The notes under the pieces are model-generated. The model was not told the DNA's origin. It made no database searches and saw only the letters and a list, made by a program, of their open reading frames with translations. This document shows positions 57,244 through 64,000 of a DNA stretch of 64,000 nt, piece by piece; the stretch's first letter is position 1; each line of letters starts with the position of its first letter. Source of the DNA: Eledone cirrhosa (lineage: Eukaryota); contig OZ024742.1 of assembly GCA_964016885.1 (NCBI GenBank), forward strand, positions 76,694,001 through 76,758,000. The letters run 5' to 3'. The translations under genes were made by a program, and so were the position numbers.

Positions 57244-57615
57244 TATTCTAGGGCGGGTAAAATTCCCGAGATCCATGGACGAGTTCTCTCCAGCGGTCTC
57301 TGTCCCTCATCATCGATGCCATGTTCTTCGTCTCTAACAGACCTGTGTCTGTCCTTAGGGCATCAACATACGTTAACCTTGGTCTTCCCCTTCCAGTGTG
57401 TCCATGTAGGGGCTCCCACAGGAGCACTGAGTGCAGTGTCAACTCTGGATGTCGGTGACAATGTCCAGCTAACCTCAGTCTCCTCTGTGTCACTTTTGAG
57501 CTGACTTTTGGGAGGCTCCCATACATCTTTGAGTTTTTCATCCTCAATGTATACTGATTAATGTTCAGACCCATCCTCAGCATTCTCGTATAGCACACAT
57601 CCACCATCTGTACAT
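57244..57615 (-). mobile_element. RTE-like non-LTR retrotransposon 3' fragment ending in (TA)n
   Basis: DVCYTRMLRM..YGSLPKVS..RRLRLAGHCHRHPE..LLWEPLHG..RGRPRLTYVD..MRDRDRWR. Confidence 0.85.
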
Positions 57616-58388
57616 GGTTAAATTCCTTCACGGGTGTGGGAGGTGTGGGTAGTGCTGAACTGGCCTGTAGAACAAAGAGAAGGGAGTAAGATGAATGTCT
57701 GACCTGTGGATACCAAGCCGGTCAGGCGTTAAGAGAGAAATCTTTAAAACTATCTTTAAAAGGTGTAAGAAAGTAATGTGTATGTGTGTGCGCGTGTGTG
57801 TGTGTGTTTTATACGTCCGCGCGAAATTAAGAGTATATGTGTGTATATGTAAAAGAGTGTAAGGGTGTGTGTGTGTGTATAGAGCTGTGAAGCGATATAT
57901 AGAGGTGTGAGTACGTTTTTTGTTCGTCGATATAAGCTGTAAGATTGTATGTTTCTGACAATAACAGAGCAATAGAAATCTAGGGGGTGAATTTACGCCC
58001 GTGTATGTGACAACGGACGGTGTAAAGGTGAAAGTGTCAAACGGTAGAGAAGTAAGCACAAGCGTATGTGTGTAAGATTATAGAAATTGGGGAGGGGAGT
58101 TGAGATCATTGGGGTAACTGGTGCCCAGGGTGGAAAGCAGACTCGGCTCAGTTCTCATGAGCGAGGCCTGGGATCCGTGATGAAAAAGGATACCAGGAAC
58201 TGTTTGATTTTGGGTAAACTATCCTGGGGAACAGAAATGAAGAGAAATAGGAGTATCCATACCGAGACATATGTCGCCCAAATGTTCAACACAACTCTCC
58301 GCCAAACGGCGTCCTGTTTTTACCGATGTATAAAACCCGCAAAGGAAAAATGTAGGGTATAGTAGATGTGGGTGGATATTCAGGTGAA

Positions 58389-58426
58389 AGCATGGTGTCC
58401 GACTCTCTACCGATACTGCCAATCCA
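58389..58426 (-). mobile_element. SINE family 1 head fragment
   Basis: agcatggtgtccgactctctaccgatactgccaatcca. Confidence 0.75.
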
Positions 58427-58564
58427 ATGGTTTCTTATAGGCACAAGGTCAGCAATCGAGGTGGGTGGAAATTCAGGTGAAGTAGTGGTAGAAGAACTAA
58501 ACCCACTGATTCTCACTTGAACCTCGACTTCAGCTTCCCCATCCAACCCACACTAAACTCTCAA

Positions 58565-58960
58565 TACCCTTTCGAGTCACAGCCCTTTTACATGGAGTCC
58601 CGCTTCATTCAACATGGATATACTCCCACCCTGATACAAGTTGCCATCACCTGCGTCCGCGAAACCGACCGTATCACAGCCCACTCAAAACCTTTCCCTC
58701 TCACCTACCACCTCATCACCCTACATTTTCAATGACAGATCCTCCTTTGTTTTTGCACCTTCTCTTCTGACACCCTCACTTTTCGTTTTTTTTCAAAACT
58801 CACCTATCACTACCTTTAAGAGCACCCGCAATCTCTGCGACAACATAGTACGTAATTCCTTCCTTTCTTCTCGTAGTGCACCACCCGGCTCTCGTCCTCA
58901 CTGTAACAACTCTTCTTTCATTTCTAACCTCATCACTCTCACACTCATGCACAATCGATT
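58565..58960 (+). pseudogene. Degenerate PLE thumb/linker fragment related to 5904-6390
   Basis: RFIQHGY, PFPLTYH, PITTFKSTRNLCDNIVRNS. Confidence 0.6.
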
Positions 58961-59724
58961 TAACGAAAACCTACACATGTAAAAGAGCATATGTGCACGC
59001 AATGAATTGCTTCCAAATAAGAGAATTAATAAGGCAAAAGGCCTTATATAATTCTTCACCGGTTAGCACCACTTAAAATTGTTCTGTCGATATTACAAGT
59101 AGAATCAGAGGATTTTCATGCACCTACTTATATTATCGCTTTTGTATTATTTAGCATTACATAAACGGCTAAGTATTATTTGTTCTTGATTCATTTTCTC
59201 GCATATATTTCCTGAGAAAACGAAAGATACCGACTATATGCATATGTATCATCGATATTTTCCAAATCATATTCGGTTGACGTTTGTCTACCCTCATACT
59301 AAGTTTAATGTATTAATCAAGGTTACTGATGGACGTTGTTAAATGCTCGATAATTTACATGACATATGATGCCGCCAATGAAGTACTGATATAGTAATTT
59401 CATCTGGGTTTCGTTGCAAAATGCAGTAAAGTATAGTTAGCCTTTGAAATGAATACATAAAATATTTTATACATTTTACAATGTCACTGCTGGAATTAAA
59501 AATGGGAATAACTAAAATGAAATATACGCTTTTGTTTACTTTAGTAAGAAAAGATATAACGGACAGTATATCGGCGTCATTTTCTTGAAGTCGAACAGGC
59601 CGTCTACAGATGAGTTCAGCGCATTTACAATTTCCCTCCATGGAAAGCCGCCACTGGTGCCTTCCTGATATGCCAGTATGTGCAGAATTATAACTGTCAA
59701 ACTGCTGCGTTGATTGTTTACCAC

Positions 59725-60261
59725 CGCTATGAGGCGATGGAGGGGTGAACTTTCCTGGGCGCAGGCCTGTGCAGGATTTTAATGGAGGTCACCAGTTGCC
59801 CATGCAGCACCTCTCCCTTCTCAGTACCACTGATGTTGATCAAGGGAAGAGCAGAGGTCAGTACAACTTGGTACCAGTGGGGGCGCAGAACAAGATTGGA
59901 TATAACATCGAACTGGCTTAGGGACTCCAGCTCCGGATTTATCTTCGGGGTTTACCCCCGAAGCATTTCCCATAAGTGGGTATAACCACAATACAGCGGA
60001 GGTTTAAGTTCAGAATTTGCTTTCTCTCAGATGGAGAGCCCGCCTAGGCTGAGTAGTACCATCTATCCAGAGAACTGGTTTGAAATGCTAGAACCCGCCT
60101 ACACCTTTTCTCGTGTCAGTAAGGACAGTTCCACCGGGCTTACACGTTAAACCACACGAGAAGACCAGGAGTTGGAATTATTGGCCTCAGGCTATTTGAG
60201 GCACATGCGGTGAGGAACAGTTTTTAAACAGGCGAGTTCACACCCACTGCCATCCCTTGGC
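59725..60261 (-). mobile_element. Probable RTE-clade LINE 5' UTR with HDV-like ribozyme candidate (about 60110-60257)
   Basis: GC-rich island resembling RTE 5' UTRs from recall; minus strand CTCCTG-GTC-TTCTCGTGT-GGT...CCC-GG...CTGA-CACGAG follows HDV P2/P3/L3/J4-2 order. Confidence 0.5.
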
Positions 60262-61305
60262 TTATATATTTTAAAAGCAACAGAAAGCCGGAGTGGAAAT
60301 ATTCTTTTAGAATGTCATTATTGCAAAATTGTGTTTTTGTAACATTAAAATTTTGAATGAATGTTTCCAGAACTTTAGTTGTTTTTAAATGAATATTTAA
60401 CTCCGTTCCTGCCACTGCCTTGGATACCACATCTACGATGGATGATTTACATAATGTATAGATTATGTGGTGTACATGTATTGTTAAATACATCAGACTA
60501 ACGAACTATCATCCGCCATGTACTACATATCTGCAGTGCTTTGTTTAATTTATGGAGAAATCGAACTAAGCGAATAATATTATTGCACTTAAAATTTGCC
60601 TTTTCATTTTGGCTGGCTAATGTTTTTGAACTATGCAATGTATTGATGTATAAGATGTCTTAAGAACGTAATTCCAGTTGTTTTAGTTTGATTATTAAGG
60701 AAATAGATTTCTCTTTGTTGCTTCTAAACATATTTTAAAAAAGCTTTTGTTACTTAAAGTAGTTCTCCATTTATACCGAATTTACTAGTGCATGTTTTGC
60801 AGTAGTTTCATCCGAATCATATCATCTATATAACAGTGGATTCAGAGCAGTTTTATTAATTTTCTTTACACTGATATTGCAATTTATTATTCGCAAGCTA
60901 TAGCGTATAAGTGGGATAGTCTAATTTTTATGCATATATCCGTATTTCTAGTAATTACTTCTGTTTTATGGCACTAATGTAGTCCCTCCTTTAAACGTTA
61001 TCATTCAAGTATGTGAATTTTATTATGTTTGTGTCATCTATTCCTAAGTATATTTACTTGTTGATGCTTTCTAATTCGCAGATTTTTATTTCTGGACATA
61101 ATTTAATAATTGTAGATATCAATTTTTTTTTTTTTTTTTATTTATTATCTGAGGAATTTTTTTTTTTTTTTTTTATTTAGCCCCTGATCTTTTGCACTGG
61201 GGACATACATATATTTCACCTCTGACTAGTTGGTCATAGTTTCGGATATAGGGAATTACAAATATATTATTCTAATTTTCATTATTTCTAGACAGATGGA
61301 ATACA

Positions 61306-61481
61306 GTGGATTGGCAGTATCGGTAGAAGATCGGATGCCATGAGAGTTACGTCCCTTTATGATCTGAGTTCAAATCCCGCCGAGGTTAACTTTGCCTTTC
61401 AACCTTACAGGTTCGATAAAATAAAGTACCAGTAATGCACTGGAATAATTGCTAGCCCTGTGCTAAAAGTAGAAGCAATTA
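61306..61481 (+). mobile_element. SINE family 1
   Basis: gtggattggcagtatcgg...gagttcaaatcccgccgagg...gtagaagcaatta. Confidence 0.88.
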
Positions 61482-63480
61482 TTTCTATATTGATGAACAC
61501 CAATGTAGTGTTTCTGTAAGTCCTGCTTTGTAAATACTTTTCTGTAAGTCTTGTAATAAAGATAACATTCACGACCGCTAATGTTTTCATTCAACAAGGG
61601 TGATAATTAAGTAATTTCTATTCCGATGAGTACCGGGACTAAAGTTTATCATATTTGGATTACATTTCTCATGGGTGTACGTGTGGATAAAATCAATTGA
61701 GGTGATACTACTGGTTTCTATTTTTACATGTCATGATAGATGTAATTTAACAAAATGAGGGGTGCTTATGTAAACTGGGGATATACACCAACGCTATATT
61801 ATTGCTGTTACTATTGTGATTGTTCTGATGTGGTTTTTTTGGTGGAGTTGTTCTAGAAAATGCATTATGTTATGTGTTCTTAATCTTTACATTTCTGTTT
61901 CAATTCCCTTCAAGAATCGACACAATGATGTGGGGTGCGGTCGGTTTAATAGAAATATCTTTCCTTCAAATTTAAGATTTTGCGTCATCGGTAGGAAATA
62001 CAATTGTCATTCGACATACTGCTTTTCAGGACATGTGAAATATAGTAGCCAAAAGCATTGTTTATATGCAGAAAATAAAACAAAACAAAAAAAATGTTTA
62101 ATTCACCATCGTACGAAACGTAACAATAAGCTACTTAATTATCTAATCCCTTCGATAAAAAATTAGGATGGTAAAATCGTTTATAATCGCATATGTATCA
62201 TGTAAATAACCTTAATGAACATTTCTATTCCGATTTGTAAACAGCTTCGGTTTACAGGAATTTAGATATCAGATCTATATCTAAATTGCTAATTATTCAC
62301 GTCGTGTACATATTTTCATTGGGCTCTGTGCTCAAACCAACATCTTTTAGGATATAACTCATAGAGTGCTGATTTTCGTACTCGACTTAGTAAGATACGA
62401 ATCTACGGAACCACATAATATATATATGTAGCGTTTTTGTTATTATTTCTGTTTACCATTTACATATATATATATATATATATTGCTGACGCCCTAAATT
62501 GTCTTAGCTATACAAATATTCACCAATGTGTTCCATCAGCCTGCCTACCGTTACAAAGCTTTGGCTCATAAACATTAGTCAACGTGAACATTAAGTGAAA
62601 GAGACTTCTTAAATGCAGCATGTAGTTTGAGTGAACCTGAAACAATTGATTGAAAGTCATGCACCATAACTCCACAATCTTTCCTTCACATCAATATTGA
62701 TCTATGCCTTTCGCTGTTTGGTTATTATTTAACGCTTTTTTTCACATTAGATATATATATCCCTACAACTCAGCTGTTTATTATCTGTCTCATTATCTCT
62801 TTATCTCTGCTGTAACTACTAATCTCATTCGCATTCATTTCTTGAAGTGGAAAATTCACTTTTCATATATATTCGATGTATATATATCGTCAATTCCTTG
62901 CACATTCGTCAAACTTCTAAACTCTATATTTGATCCTGTTTTCCTTTTATTAATCGGGACAGTTAGATTAAATAATAACTTAATTACTGCGATAAATGTA
63001 ATTTGCTAAACTCCAAACTAACCAACATTGTCTATCCTTGCGCTTAGTTCAGAAATTGTTATTCATTTTAAGCAGCTGTTCCAAATTTACTGTTTCTTTC
63101 ACCCCAATGAGTACACAAGGAAATAATAGAAGTATTATAATTTTAAATATTGGTGAAAGTTATGCAGATATTGATGAGTATGTCAATAAAGATGGTAATG
63201 GTGATCGCGACAAGTATTCGGAGTATAATGATAATTCTAATTAAGATGATGCTAATTTTGATGATAATCTAAACTATAATAAAGTAAGGAACGCGGGAAT
63301 TTGTTATCCCGTTTGTAAAATAAGTTGGATTACATTGAATAAATAATGAATGAATATTACATAATGTTTCTACTAATTTCGTAACACGTGATTAAACATA
63401 TATTAAATATATTATTAAAGATTCACTTCTTTTAAAAGATTCAAATTTCAATACTTCCAGTATATCTATACGATATATAT

Positions 63481-63568
63481 AGAGAGAGAGAAGGAAAGAG
63501 AGAGAGAAGGAAAGAGAGAGAGAAGGAAAGAGAGAGAGAAGGAAAGAGAGAGAGAAGGAAAGAGAGAG
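63481..63568. repeat. 16-bp purine tandem repeat (AAGGAAAGAGAGAGAG) about x5
   Basis: Directly visible. Confidence 0.9.
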
Positions 63569-63740
63569 ATGAAGCGATTTGGGTTTTTTTTCAACACGCT
63601 GATGTGTGTGCGTGTGCGTGTGTGTATGTTGTTGTTCTTTGATTTTCTGAAATTGGTAGAGTGAGAAAGAGAGATTGTATGTGTGAGTATATAAAGAGAG
63701 GACTGGCTGTGACAGATATATATATATATATATATATATA

Positions 63741-63876
63741 GGATTAGAATTAGCCGTCGAAACGGCTTGTCTCAGCCGTCGAGGTCCTACTCGTTCCTAT
63801 TACCCACTCTACTACCCTAAGTATTGAGTACTTTGGTGCGTTATGGTCCACCTGTTTCCTTACCATATTTCCTTCG

Positions 63877-63877
<1 letters not shown>
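63741..63877 (+). mobile_element. Family D terminal fragment between TA arrays
   Basis: Matches 27988-28116. Confidence 0.75.
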
Positions 63878-63926
<49 letters not shown>

Positions 63927-63968
63927 AAAAAAATTGAACGGAACAAAACAGAGAGGCAGTACGAACAA

Positions 63969-63999
<31 letters not shown>

Positions 64000-64000
64000 A

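Overview
This is AT-rich, microsatellite-dense animal DNA. I can support no host protein-coding gene, rRNA, true tRNA or CRISPR array. The dominant tRNA-derived SINE resembles SINEs I recall from octopus/coleoid cephalopods; this host assignment is inference only. The window is dominated by Penelope-like retroelements (PLEs; reverse transcriptase plus GIY-YIG endonuclease) from at least six families: Naiad-type at 0.3-3.7, 37.1-40.3 and 46.1-50.4 kb plus fragments, Neptune-type at 24.7-27.2 and 40.4-42.6 kb, and a third lineage at 11.5-15.9, 18.4-22.5, 51.1-51.5 and 56.5-57.2 kb. Most abut (TA)n arrays, and many carry fold-back or inverted 5' ends. By eye I found over 20 type-I hammerhead ribozyme (HHR) motifs, intact, variant or degenerate. 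The most interesting signals are three ORF-less HHR elements with terminal direct repeats (units about 430, 750 and 850 bp; retrozyme-like), non-canonical HHR cores, an HDV-like ribozyme candidate at a probable RTE LINE 5' end, a PLE whose start codon lies at its own 3' end, and an ETS-NRF1-YY1 motif cluster in PLE terminal repeats. Also present are a 654-bp MITE, an RTE LINE 3' fragment and about 10 SINEs. Coordinates were read by eye and may be off by a few bases.
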